From NCBI GenBank assembly GCA_020536535.1, contig JAHLWZ010000782.1, forward strand, positions 1-48,871: DNA of 48,871 nt, read 5' to 3'. Shown here in pieces: positions 1 through 11,930 of this stretch. The notes below the pieces were generated by a model that made no database searches, had not been told where the DNA came from, and saw only the letters and a program-made list of their open reading frames with translations. The stretch comes from Pelomyxa schiedti (taxonomy: Eukaryota; Protista; Evosea). The translations under genes and the position numbers were made by a program. Within the stretch, counting starts at the first letter, position 1, and each line of letters starts with the position of its first letter.

Positions 1-121
1 CTCGTGAGTCAATCTTGGTGGGCGGAGTTGCAGCCACTGGCGGAGGTTCATTTGGCCGCATTGCACCCCCCCTTAGGAAGTCTTCCAACTCCAAATGCCC
101 GCCCCCTGCCTTGCCGTTCAT
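1..121 (-). CDS. Possible 5' end of a hypothetical protein running off the left edge
   Basis: ATG at 121 opens MNGKAGGGHLELEDFLRGGAMRPNEPPPVAATPPTKIDSR, open to base 1. It lies head-to-head with the TM9SF gene, matching the divergent-pair pattern elsewhere in the window. No homology recognised. Confidence 0.3.
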   Translation of the reverse strand, partial: MNGKAGGGHLELEDFLRGGAMRPNEPPPVAATPPTKIDSR

Positions 122-369
122 GTGTTTGTTTATGCCCAACTTGGGGGTTCGGAGAGGAGAGTGCTTTGAAAACCCTCGAACCACCATGAAAGACGCGTGA
201 AGTACCTAGCTAGGATTGCCCCGCAGCTCCACGCTCAGCTCTGCCATTTGATCAATCTGATGACAACAGAACTGCGAAAACCAAAAGAACAAGAAAACAA
301 TCGCACAAAAAGCGCCCGACGCACACGCACCCACTGACGCGTGCCAGCGGTACCCTACAATACTCGCCG

Positions 370-3198
370 ATGATGATGAGGAGAACAAGAGCAGTTGGGG
401 CGACGGTACTAGTACTCGTCGCGATGATTACCACGGCGACGCAGGGGTACTACTTGCCGGGGGTCGCGCCGGTGGACTACTCGCCGGGCGAATCGATCAA
501 CGTGCACGTGTCTAAGCTTACCAGCGTGAAATCGCAGTTGCCCTACTCGTACTGGANNNNNNNNNNNNNNNNNNNNNNNNNNNNNNNNNNNNNNNNNNNN
601 NNNNNNNNNNNNNNNNNNNNNNNNNNNNNNNNNNNNNNNNNNNNNNNNNNNNNNNNGACGCAGGGGTACTACTTGCCGGGGGTCGCGCCGGTGGACTACT
701 CGCCGGGCGAATCGATCAACGTGCACGTGTCTAAGCTTACCAGCGTGAAATCGCAGTTGCCCTACTCGTACTGGAGCGCACCGTTTTGCCAACCAAAGAA
801 GATAGTGAAGCAAGACTCAAACTTGGGTGAGATACTCAGGGGCGACAGGATCACAAACTCCCTCTACAACGTGTGTACTCCCTCCTTTCTATCTTTTTTT
901 TTTTTTTTTTTTTTTTTTGGAAAATTCTCATTGTTTGTATCAGGTTATTGTCGGAAAGGATCAAAAGTGTGTTGTTTTGGGTGCGGGAGAGGAAGTGAGG
1001 GCACGAGGGAACGCATCAACTTGCACGAGAGAGTACAACCTCAAGGAGGTGCAGAAACTGAGACGATTCGTAAAGGACGACTACCGAGTTAATTGGTAAT
1101 TTATTTGTTAATTTCTATGGAATGTAATCTACATCCAGTGAGCTTGATAATATGCCAGCAGCACAGCCAATGATGTCTGGGACAGACATAGTATACGCTA
1201 TTGGATTCCCAATGGTATAAATACTGTATTCCCCTTGTTGAGCTTACCTTAAATTCCAGGGAACCGCCAGTGGCAGTAAGGTCTACTCTGGTACATCTTA
1301 CCTGCACACACTAATTACTTTTTTTAGAAGGACGTACGGAAACTAACCACGTCTGTGAACAACCATCTCGCTATTACTGTTAAGTATGCAAACCTTATTA
1401 CGTAGCAATTTGGTGAGAAATGGTAAAAAGGTACCACGCAGAATCTGGGAACAAATCCAGGATCACTGGGTTTGAGGTGGAGCCCCACAGGTAAACCCCT
1501 CACTTCATCCTTCATCCCAAGTTACTAATTCTTTTTTCCTTTTTTTTCTTTTAGTATTGATTATGAGCTCCGGCATTTACTGAAGGCGCCTGACTGCCAA
1601 TATAACCAGGGTCCAGTCCTGTATCTGTCATACAACACCTCAAAATCAATTGCCTGGACATATTCTGTCACTTGGGTGGTATGACATCACTCTTAACTTG
1701 CCTCGTTTATAATTTCCTTTCAGAAGGACACAGTTGAATGGACAGACAGATTTGACAGGTACTTCAGCAATGCTGACACCCACATACACTGGTTCTCCAT
1801 TATAAACAGCCTTATGATTGTCCTTTTCCTGTCAGGTGTTGTAGAGAGTTCGTTTCATTCCCAAATATCTGACTGACTCCACAGGAATGATCGCTATGAT
1901 TATGATTCGCACGCTTCATGCTGATATCCTGAAATATTCCGCCAAGGACGCCGAGACTGATGCCGAAGAGACTGGGTGGAAGTTACTTCATGCCGACGTC
2001 TTCAGGGCTCCTAAAAACAGGATAATTCTCTCTGTTTTTGTTGGGTTTGGTTCCCAGGTCTTCGCGATGACAGTTATCACCCTTCGTACGTTTTATTTCT
2101 TTTCAGCTTACTCTCATGGCTTTTCTTTTTAGTGTGTGGCCTTGTTGGATTAGTATCTCCAGCCAATAAAGGAAGTGTTTTGTCTGGTATGATTGCTCTC
2201 TTCGTGCTTATGGGGTAAGACATATTTGAAACGAGTTTTTGTTGATAACAGTATTTCGTATGAAGCGCGGTTGCTGGGTATAACACGTCAAGAATCTACA
2301 AGATGATGAAAGGACTTTACTGGAAAAAAGCGGCGTTGATGGTTTGGCAATTCTTCAAATTCCCAGTTTTTATATGGTTCTAGACAGCATTTTTGTTCCC
2401 CACTATAATTTTTGCTGTATTTATGTTTATTGACTTCTTGATTCTTGGGCAGAAGTCCTCTGGCGCAGTTCCTTTTGGTATCGTGCTCCTGCAGCTGTAT
2501 TTTAATAACTTCACACAGGAACGTTCATGATCATCATCGCTCTTTGGTTTGGAGTTTCTATTCCTCTTGTTTTTGCCGGTGCTTTCTATGGCTATAAGAA
2601 GGCGGCCATTACAATTCCCGTAACCCGAATCAACCCCATTCCGCGCACAGTACCGTCTCAGGTTGTGTCGCAGTTCCATAGAAAACATCTAATCTCACAA
2701 CAAGGTCTGGTACATGCACCCGGTTATAAGCGTTGCCATGGGTGGAATACTTCCATTTGGAGCCATTTTCATTGAGCTGTACTTTGTTCTTACGGCTATT
2801 TGGAACCAGCAGCTTTACTACATAGCAACATTCCTGTTCATTGTCTTCTTAATTTTGTTTGTCACCTGTGCCGAAATATCTGTTGTCATGTGCTACTTCC
2901 AGCTGTGCTCCGAGGTTCCACCTCACTTTATTGTGTCACATAACGAAGATAACCACAGGACCACCACTGGTGGTGGAGGTCATACTTCACCTCCGCGTCG
3001 TCTGCGTTCTATCTGTTCCTATACAGTGTGTTCTACTTCTTCACCAAACTTGAAATCAGCAACGCTGTCAGCGGCATGATGTACTTTGGATACACGGCTA
3101 TCTTCACTCTGATGTTCTTTGTTCTCACCGGCTTCATTGGCTTCTACTCCGCACTGATGTTCGTAAGAAAGATTTATGGCTCTGTCCCCCTCAGTTAA
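370..3198 (+). CDS. TM9SF: Transmembrane 9 superfamily (EMP70/nonaspanin) protein, TM9SF2/4-like, multi-exon
   Basis: Signal peptide followed by GYYLPGVAPVDY, KLTSVKSQLPYSY, NLGEILRGDRI, VNNHL, IHWFSIINS, RTLHADILKY, EETGWKLLHADVFR, GGILPFGAIFIELYF and C-terminal FVRKIYGSVPLS* (TAA 3196-3198). Exons join through GT-AG introns such as 871-943. Interrupted by the N gap at 557-656. Confidence 0.95.
438..775. other. Scaffold gap (100 N, 557-656) flanked by an exact 119-bp duplication (438-556 = 657-775)
   Basis: Identical sequence on both sides of exactly 100 N, typical of an unmerged contig overlap. Confidence 0.9.
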
Positions 3199-3303
3199 AG
3201 TCACCATCCCAACAAACCTATCACACCAAAAAAAAAAAATGTTTACTGATAAGCATTTTAACAAAATTTCTTTATCTTCCAAAACTCCCCAGTGAATGTA
3301 TAT

Positions 3304-4067
3304 TCATATTGACGAGAAGTCATTCCTTATCTCCTGGTAGAACTTTCTGTGCTGGTACCACTGAGCCAGCCTGTTTGCGCCATACAATGCAGCAGTCATC
3401 CCGGCGGCCACAATGACCAGCCCAAACACGAGGGCGAATCCCAGGGCAACCCACTCCCACGACGGGATGCCAACCACCGACTCGTCGCTGGGCGACACAA
3501 CCTCTGACTCGCTCTGTGATGTGGGCACGTGTGAGGAGGATGTGGATGCAGAATAGGAATCCGAATCGGAAGCAGCATATTCAGACGTGCTGCTGATACT
3601 GGTGCTGCTGGGGCGTGTGGGTGCAATGGTTGCTGTTGCTGGAATGACATCCACTTGGTTCCCATCAAAATCGACATCAACATCGGCGGTGGCACGGCCA
3701 TTTTGTACTTGGGCGGCAGCTGNNNNNNNNNNNNNNNNNNNNNNNNNNNNNNNNNNNNNNNNNNNNNNNNNNNNNNNNNNNNNNNNNNNNNNNNNNNNNN
3801 NNNNNNNNNNNNNNNNNNNNNNGTGCTGCTGGGGCGTGTGGGTGCAATGGTTGCTGTTGCTGGAATGACATCCACTTGGTTCCCATCAAAATCGACATCA
3901 ACATCGGCGGTGGCACGGCCATTTTGTACTTGGGCGGCAGCTGCTCCACCCCCACCACCACATGCGCTTGACGCCATTATCATCGCAATGCCAACTACAA
4001 CAACATAGGCCACAGGGGTCAGTCGTCCGGTGACCGTGTGATGTGGTTGTTCGTAGAGGGCGGTCAT
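3304..4067 (-). CDS. Intronless orphan type I membrane protein (N-terminal hydrophobic segment, Ser-rich stalk, TM, short tail), about 180 aa after collapsing the gap duplication
   Basis: MTALYEQ...VAYVVVVGIAMIMASSAC, then an S/D-rich region, TM WEWVALGFALVFGLVIVAAGMTAALYGA and tail HRKFYQEIRNDFSSI*. Removing the 221-nt gap plus duplication leaves a 543-nt in-frame ORF. An upstream TTG start at 4106 is possible. Confidence 0.7.
3602..3943. other. Scaffold gap (100 N, 3723-3822) flanked by an exact 121-bp duplication (3602-3722 = 3823-3943)
   Basis: Same artefact pattern as the first gap. Confidence 0.9.
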
Positions 4068-4166
4068 GGCAAGAACAACCAAATCTGGTACCCAGTATAA
4101 TGTCAAGGTCGTTGTCGTTCGTCGTCTACGACGTTCGTTTATAAAAAAAAGGGAAAGAAACTTAGC

Positions 4167-7100
4167 TTAGAAATTTTGTGTTGCGGGAGGCTGTGATGGG
4201 GTTGTTGTTGTAGTTGATGATGCTGCTGATGTAGTGGTGGTAGTGGTTTGTTGTTGTTGCAGTACTGCGGCCTTTGCGGCCTTGTCCTGTTCCTCCTTGA
4301 TGTGCTCCGCCCCAATCTTGATGGCGAACTCTAGTTGTTGCCTCTCTTCAGGTGTTAGTGTTGTCCACATCTGTGTGTACACGGGATTCTGCAGGGGTCC
4401 ACTCAGTATGCCTTGTTGAAATGTTAGTTCTATGTGACGTGATCGCAATGTGATGGGGTACTTTTGAGGGCTTCATAGAAGTAAATGCATTCGTCAACGT
4501 GATTCACTGGAGTTTCGTACTCATCGTCATCCAGCTGATCAAAATCATCGTATTCACCTGACTGATGATTCTCGCGGAATGCGGCGACCTTGGAAGCGTC
4601 AACTCACAAAGCAAATACTGAAGTATGGGCGGGAATACCTTCCCGGCAATGTCCTCGAGAGTGCCGTCGTCATGCGCGTCTTCGCCATCTGTCAAATCAG
4701 GTTGGTCCCACCCTGGATCATCAGAGTCATCAGCCTCATCTGACTCCGCGGCGGCTTCTTCGTCACTATCGTCATCATCTTCTTCGTCGTCATCTTCCCC
4801 GTCATCATCATCGCCTTCAGCATCTTCCGCTTCCTCCTCTTCTTCATCGTCCTCCTTTCCATTTGTACCGACATTGGCCAGCCTTTCGGCCTCTTTCTTG
4901 TCCCACTTGGCAACTGCTTCGTCAATTTCTAGTGAATTTGTTAGCAGAAGCCTTAATTGTGTTGGGTAATACGTTTTCTGTGCTTTTCTAGGGATCGAAC
5001 AAATTTAACTGTAGTTATCACAATCAGCTTCAGGCCAGTAACAACTACAGGTGGAAGTTGAGCGACAGGTACAGTTAGGATGGAAGCAAGCCCAAGGACT
5101 GCAAGTTTCTTGTCATAAATTCTGTACTTTCTAATCAGAGAGAAGAAAATATTTCGTCAGAGGTAACCTGATATACTTCTTCCTCAATTCAAACCATAAA
5201 GAGAATACTGGTTGTGTTGCGGTCATCGATTCAAGAGTGTTCAGTGTAAGCAGTGGATTGTAGTACAAAGAATTGGCTATCTTCATCACACTGGTCAGAT
5301 GGTGGATGCCACAAAGGACAAGATACCGAGTTGATTAATAATATTTTCATGGAGAGGAATTTTGCCACAGCTAGTCTCCTAACTGCAACTTGAAGGGATT
5401 GTACCATAAAATCGTCCACTCTCCCCCTTGAGTGTAATTATTTTGGGCAGCTCATATTTGTGTATGAACCTGCAGTGTTGCAAGACAACCTCGACGAGTT
5501 GAACTCCTGGCAAGGCATCTCGTTCTTCAAAGTTTGTGTCGCCAACAACCTGAAGGTGTAAGTGGTAAAAAAATGCATCTTCTTTGACAATACCCTGTTG
5601 TACATTGTAAAAATAACTCCAATATATTCGGGATTGGATAAAAAGGCGTCAGTGGAGCGAGATATGAAGTTATCAAACGCAGCCAGCATTGCTGTTGTTT
5701 GTTTTTAGTTTTTTGTACTGGACGAAGAAATAGAACCATCAAGGTAATCAACAGCCTCTTGAAAAGATTTGTACATCAATCCAAATAATGACCATATCTC
5801 AGGGGTGAAAACAGGAGTAAAGTAGGTCAGCAAAACTATGCCTCGGAAGACATCATCCATAAAATCTAATTTCCATGTCAATTTCCTATTTCCAATATTC
5901 AACTTACCCATCAACATGACGTCCCCTCCAGTAAGGATTCTCGTCCACAATGGGAGTAAGACAGTGCAAAGTTGGGGATACACCTTGAAAACTATTATCA
6001 CAAAAACAGTCTTTACTTGGGAGCTACCTGTGGAGTATTTTTCACAGCTTCGAGAACAGTGCAAGTAGTCTCAAGACATCCGACAGCTGCGAGAACTGCT
6101 GCTTGATGCTGGTCAGAGCCGACATCATCATCATTATCCTCTTCAAAGTCGGTGCGTTCACAGGCAAGGTACAAAAATGATTGTGCCTAAGTATTCTCTT
6201 TTAAGGTTGCTTATCACTTAGCAAAGGTACGTACAAGACTGGCACATAAAGACACAGCATAGGGGGCAATTTCATCTTGGAAAATTTCAACCAGAACTTC
6301 CAGAGCAGTAAGGAGATCATCGCTGTCAGTCTTCTTCAATAAAGAAAAGTACACTAAAGTAAAAGTTACACCCAAAAAGTAACCCAGTTTTTCAAACCTT
6401 CAAACATTTGTGGAAGGAAAGGATGCAGTGTTTCTTTTCCTGATCTCTGTTAGCGATGGCCACTGTTAGATGTGAAACAAACCAACTGGAGTTTGCATAA
6501 GGAGCTTCAGTCCCAGGGCAGCGTTTATTTGCACCGGTAGGGCAGAATCCTGAGTCATCTTCAGAATATGTTCAACACATTGTCCGAATTTGACTTTATC
6601 AGAAAATTGAATTGAGGCATATCGACTGAAAAGCCAGCAAGCCTGTAAGTTTTCGTAAATGCAAGTTGCAGTTTTAGTCGCTTTGGTTTTACCTTGGCAC
6701 GCAGTAAAGGGTTTGGAGAAATGAACTCTGGTACGACATGCAGGTAAAGCATGTTCTCCAGTTGTTCTTTGAAAGGAGATGTTATCAGGAGTTTTTTGCA
6801 TAATCCTCCAATTGCTGTCATTGCTCCGTCTTTCAAGCATGCATTCTGAGGCTCTTGTGGAGCTTGGTGGAATCTAATTCGAGGTTACGGCCCATAGTCG
6901 TTGCAATTGAACAAACTTGGCGAGTATTCCAGAGAGAAATGCCATCATAGGAAGCAAATGATTCATAGCTCGGTATCTAATTAGGTCAACAGTCAGGTTA
7001 AGGGCACCATGCTTCTCAGAGAAAACGTTATCAAAACTAACTGTCGGAGGGTTACTCCCTTCCTTAACTTGAAGAAAGTAATACCAAATTCTTGCCAGAT

Positions 7101-8712
7101 GTACTCATCAGGGTTTTCAGTGAAAAGAGTAACGTCGCTTTGGGTATAACATAGGTACGGGAACAGGACTTCCTCAAATAATTTGTTCATATGTGGCATG
7201 CAGATCTTGTATGTTGATGAATAGCGGCATCTTTCCAAATAAATGAGTAAATTCGGTACAAAAAAAGGCCCATAGAAAAATACCCAAGACCAATGGAGAA
7301 AAGAGTCATGTGTATCACTTTAGGTGCAACATAATTCCCCTGCGTGCGTCAGAATAGTCAGAAATTGGCAAGTAACCATACATTTCTTGGTTGATAGGCC
7401 ATATGAAAAAGAGAGGGCATTAATTGTGGGGCATAATTGGTGATGAAATCAGTGCAAAATGTTTTCATTTTCTTCCCTCGTTGGTATTTTGTGCCATACC
7501 TGGGAGTATTAGAGAATGTAGCATAATATTTAGTCATTACTTGGCAAGCCATCTGGCAATGGTGTCGGCTGCCCTCAATTTAAGAAGCCACCATGGATGC
7601 CGGGGGTCACTTGTAATATCGGCCAGTGGTATAGTTGGAGGAGGTGTTAAATTTTCCATGATGGTCTTGAGAAAGCCCATCCATCTCGCGAGTATGCCTT
7701 CACCCATCATGTAGGGTGGGAGGCACATCTGTGACGGGATTAGGGGACAAATAATTCATTCATATTCTCACTTGAGTGGAAGACCAGAAAATTTTAACTG
7801 TGATGTGCTGCAAAACAATAGATTCATAGGTATTCTGGCCGATAAGTTGCATAAACAATTGCTCCAAAACGGGAAATATTTGCGCAACGATGCCATTCAC
7901 AAATTTCCTTTCCTCTTGTTTCCCCTCCCACTTAGCTTTTTGAAGTGAATATTGTGGAACATACTGTCATGCTCTGTGGAGAATTCGTAATTTCTTGTTA
8001 CTCCACGAAGTGCTGTTAAGGCACTCTGTAAAATCACGTGATTGTTGTGCTGTTGATGAGTGGTGATATAGTTTAGAAGCTTGGGGGTCAGTTCAGGCCA
8101 CCCTCCATCTGATAAATCGAAAAAGGCAATTTTTTTCAGCGCTTCGTGCAGCTGTTTTCTACCGGATAGTTATTCTAGGAGGAAAAACGAACGAAAGCAC
8201 ACTTAGAGAGGGTGGAAGCATGGATGGTGGCTTCGACCAGGTTTGCTTTGATGAGGGCTTTCTCATCAGCAGATAACGAGTCAGCTGGCTTTTCAGTCCT
8301 CCATCTTAATTTTACGGCGTTTTTGAACTGAATTGCTTGGGCTCTGGTTAGAATACGAGAAGTAGAATTGCGGACAGTATTACCAGCAGCCAGTGACAAA
8401 TTCTGATCTACACCGGGCGCCACAACTATCTGCAGTAGCATTGTAACAAACCCAGGTACTCCATGAAGCTAATTTGGGGTATTAGAATGACCTAATAGGG
8501 TCAAAAAAGAATCAATATCTAAATAAATAAATGACAAAGACAGGTCATCCTTAATCCACAAATACATTAACTACCACTCACACACTCACAGAGAACAAAG
8601 TCTCCTCAGCCCTCTTTATTTTATCAGCTTCCAATGTTTCACGTAGTGCCTGCAACACAATTTGTTGTTGTTGTTGTTGCTGCTGTTGCTGTTGTTGGGC
8701 GGCGCTGTCCAT
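4167..8712 (-). CDS. IPO7: Importin-7/8 (Sxm1/Nmd5-like) karyopherin-beta family protein, multi-exon
   Basis: Starts MDSAAQ12IVLQALRETLEADKIKRAEETL. Has the IBN_N motif AIQFKNAVKLRW...DEKALIKANLVEA, plus KDGAMTAIGGL, LENMLYLHVVPEFISPNPLLRAK and long acidic loops near 4700-4900. C-terminal exon ends PPATQNF* at 4167. Confidence 0.88.
8662..8697 (-). repeat. (CAA/CAG)12 coding microsatellite, polyQ at the importin N-terminus
   Basis: 12 consecutive Gln codons directly after MDSAA. Confidence 0.9.
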
Positions 8713-9036
8713 TGCTAATTCTAATTAATTCGTAATGCGACTTCCTTATAAGTGACAGGTAGCTCTGGCAGGACCGACGGGTCGGGTTGGACTGCCTGAC
8801 TGGTCGCGGCGGGTACGATGAGCTCCCTTTCTTGATTTGTGTAATTAGTCCCCCGACATGCAACTGCACATTGATTGGAGTCGCCAGCCAAGTTTGCTTC
8901 CTCGCGCAGAAGTGCAACGCCCTGACAGGTGTATGCATTGTGCATTGTTGGGTTCGCACGGATGTGGTTCCTGGATGACTCTACTCTGCACAATCACAAC
9001 AACAAACAAAACGAAAACCAGTCGGCGAAGGGGGGC

Positions 9037-10043
9037 ATGGGTGACATCAACGCGAGGACGAGTGCAGGGGTTTGGCTGCCAGTGAAAGTCACGCCATCAA
9101 CGTCGTCGTGGTCGTGGCGGGTGGTGGGTCCGTTTCAGTTTATCGCGGGGGTGGTGCGGCGCAAGGTAGTGGGCACCAGGCGGACCGTGGTGATGGCAAT
9201 TGTGGGACTCGCGGGGGTGGCTGGGTGCTTGGTGTTAATAAGGGCACTCTTGATATCTTGGAGAAGAAGACGTGATTTGGCCAAGTTCCTGGCAACTGTA
9301 CTTGCTATTAATAACCCATTGATGCTTAGTAAAAATACTAATTGTTCATTGTAATGTTACTGTGTTAAAGTAGTGCTGGTGGTTTTTTTGAAGTCTCAAT
9401 ACTCCGTTTACAGCCACCGGCATCTGGGGCTTCGATTCTGCAGGAACATATGCTCTACCAGCAACTATTATCGAACAGTGGAGTGAAGAAGCGCCTGCTC
9501 CCGGTCTACATTCCATCCCGAACTCCCAAATCACCCACATGGGCCCGCCGCTCCTCCCCGCCCCTAGAACTCAACTCCGACCTTCCCCCGCTCTCCCGCA
9601 CAAAGCTCAAGCTCTCTGACTCACCCAAACTCCCCAGCACCTCCGGTTCCGTTACTCCCAATCGTTCCCACCGGGGCTCCAGGATCTCCTCACGCCGCCA
9701 TCACTCGGCTTCACCACCACACACCGCCGTCGCCTCCGAACCCACAAAGCCATCCCGCCGCGCCAACCACAGCAGCGGCAGCCCCAATCCGCACCGGAAT
9801 TCCTCCACTTCCTCCAAAGAAAAGGCAGATGTATCCAACATAGTTCCCGATTGGGTAGGAACGCTTGTGCAAGAGTCGCAGAAGCCACACCAACCGCTGC
9901 TACACCTCAATGCCAACAAGCGGCAGAGGGCCATGTCCACATCCGAGCCACCCGAAAACTATCCTGACACTACTACTAGTACTGCGAATGACAAGACCAC
10001 ATCACCAACACCCGAATCCTCGCCTCCCACAAGCAACCCTTGA
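9037..10043 (+). CDS. Orphan membrane-anchored S/P-rich protein (paralogue A), exons 9037-9297 and 9414-10043
   Basis: N-terminal TM VVMAIVGLAGVAGCLVLIRALLISW followed by RRRR. A phase-0 GT-AG intron at 9298-9413 joins it to the 9450..10043 ORF. Carries the motif IVPDWVG...QPLLHLN. Confidence 0.65.
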
Positions 10044-10276
10044 CAATCCCATACCCACCCTTTGTTTCCCTCAGTATTGTTTCAAAAATGTGGCTTACCT
10101 CACAACCACCAAACATACTTCCTAGTCCAACCCCCACAATGCACAACTAGTGACCGATGTTTTGTCTAGATTGATGAATCGGATTCACATAAATCAGAAT
10201 TAATTGGTGCCGCAGGGCGCCGAGTGCTCTCGACTACAGTAGGCTACGACCCCAGGGAACCAGATCGACACCAACA

Positions 10277-11799
10277 ATGGTTATGATGCAGCTGTGGCGT
10301 TGGTTGCTGGGGAAGCTCCTACCCGCGGCGAGGCACCTCGCTGGCCCCCCCGCAGCCTCTGCCCCCCACAAACTGCAGCGGGGCGCCAGGGACACGTGGG
10401 AGGGAGGAGGGAGGGGCGGGGGTGGGAGGGCCAGCGGGAGCAAGGGACGGCGGTGGGTGCTGGTGCACGCGGGGGGCGCCGCGGGGGCCTACACGGCTGT
10501 GGTGCTGGCCCTGTGTGTGGTTGGGTGGCGGGGTCTGCGGCTGGCGTGGACAGCGGCGACCTGCGGGTGGGCCGCCGGGGCCGCGTGGATGATGCTGAGT
10601 ACCGGGGGGAGGGACCGCGAGGGCGATAGAGATAGGGGTGCAGGCAGTGTTGGCGGTGGCAGGGCCAGCGGGAAGGGGACGGGGACGGGGAGGGCGCAGC
10701 GGAACGGGAATGGGATGATGTTGAGGGCTGGGGCCGGTGGGTATTGGTGTGACTGGGACGACTACCCCTGCGATGACGTGTATTGCCCCGATATGGCCTG
10801 TCAAACGGTATCGTGCCCCCCAAAAGCCTTTTTTTTTTTTGGCTCTAAATGTACACATTTTCTTAGTGTGGCACTACCAACGAAATCTCTCCGCTGCCAC
10901 AGGAGCAGAGAGTAACAGGGCGAGGGGAAGATAGGCAGGAGCCACACCACACTGACAATCATATGGCTGAACTTGAGACTTTGGTCTCTGCTGATCTCGA
11001 CAAGGAACAAATACCAAGCCTCCCCCAGGCTATCCTGAAAGATGAAAGAACTGTCCCAGCGACCCAACTGCCCGTACCTCCTGCGGCGGAACCAAAACAA
11101 CCGGCCGCGGAAAAGCCAGTACCACCGCCATTGCCAGAACCTGTTAATACTGAGGATATGGCATACGGGGAACCCCTTCCAGAAAATAGCCAGATAAATA
11201 CAGACTCCATTCCCGCATCACCTTCTGTCATGACACCTGCAAATTCAGAGTCACAACCACAAGAAATCGTACAACAAGATCCCGCTGCCATTCCCGAGCA
11301 ATCCATCTCTCTAAATATCTGTGGCTCAACCTCAGCTAGCAACACTAATTCCACCCCAAGTGAAACCCCCACAAATTTGGCAACTGAACCAGCAGATAAT
11401 TATAATTCCTACACAGCAACAAACCTACCAGTCTCTTCCACAATGACTGAAACATCAGCGGACCCCACCGACACAGTTCCAAAGTTATCTGTGGAAATCC
11501 CTATTGTAGATTCTACCCCACTAACACACGATAACAACCTCCAACAACAACAAGTACCACCACTGCCAAAGCCACACAAGAAAGTCTCTGGCCACAAGAA
11601 ATCCCAATCACTCCCCCCAGCCCTAATACCTACATGGGTTGACCTCATGACCACTAACTACAAGAAGAAGCAAACACCACAACCATTATTGCACCTCAAC
11701 AGCCCTAGTCCCTCAACCCCCAGAGGTAGAAACCCCAATTTGTTACTTCGGTCATCCCACAATCCCCCTGCTCACAACCCCAACAATCAGTCTCTTTAG
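10277..11799 (+). CDS. Orphan membrane-anchored P/T/S-rich protein (paralogue B), exons 10277-10807 and 10867-11799
   Basis: GC-rich first exon with hydrophobic segments (YTAVVLALCVVGW, AWTAATCGWAAGAAWMML). A phase-0 59-nt GT-AG intron at 10808-10866 joins it in frame to the 10963..11799 ORF. Carries the motif LIPTWVD...QPLLHLN. Confidence 0.65.
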
Positions 11800-11930
11800 C
11801 CTGTTGCCAACTGGAACACTCCCACACAGCACACAAACAACATAGAAAAATCCCAAAGAATGGTGTTTTTCTTCAACTCTTTTGGGTTGGGGCATATTGG
11901 ATTTGTGCATGTAAATATGTTCCGGGGGAT

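Noticed and set aside
438-775. Apparent tandem duplication inside the TM9SF gene
   Set aside because: An exact 119-bp copy on either side of exactly 100 N is an unmerged scaffold overlap, not biology.
3602-3943. Apparent tandem duplication inside the type I membrane protein gene
   Set aside because: Same artefact (121 bp around 100 N). Collapsing it restores one ORF.
10281-10858. Multiple antisense and alternative-frame ORFs over a GC-rich exon
   Set aside because: Stop-codon depletion in GC-rich sequence. Only the 10277 frame splices in phase to the downstream exon.
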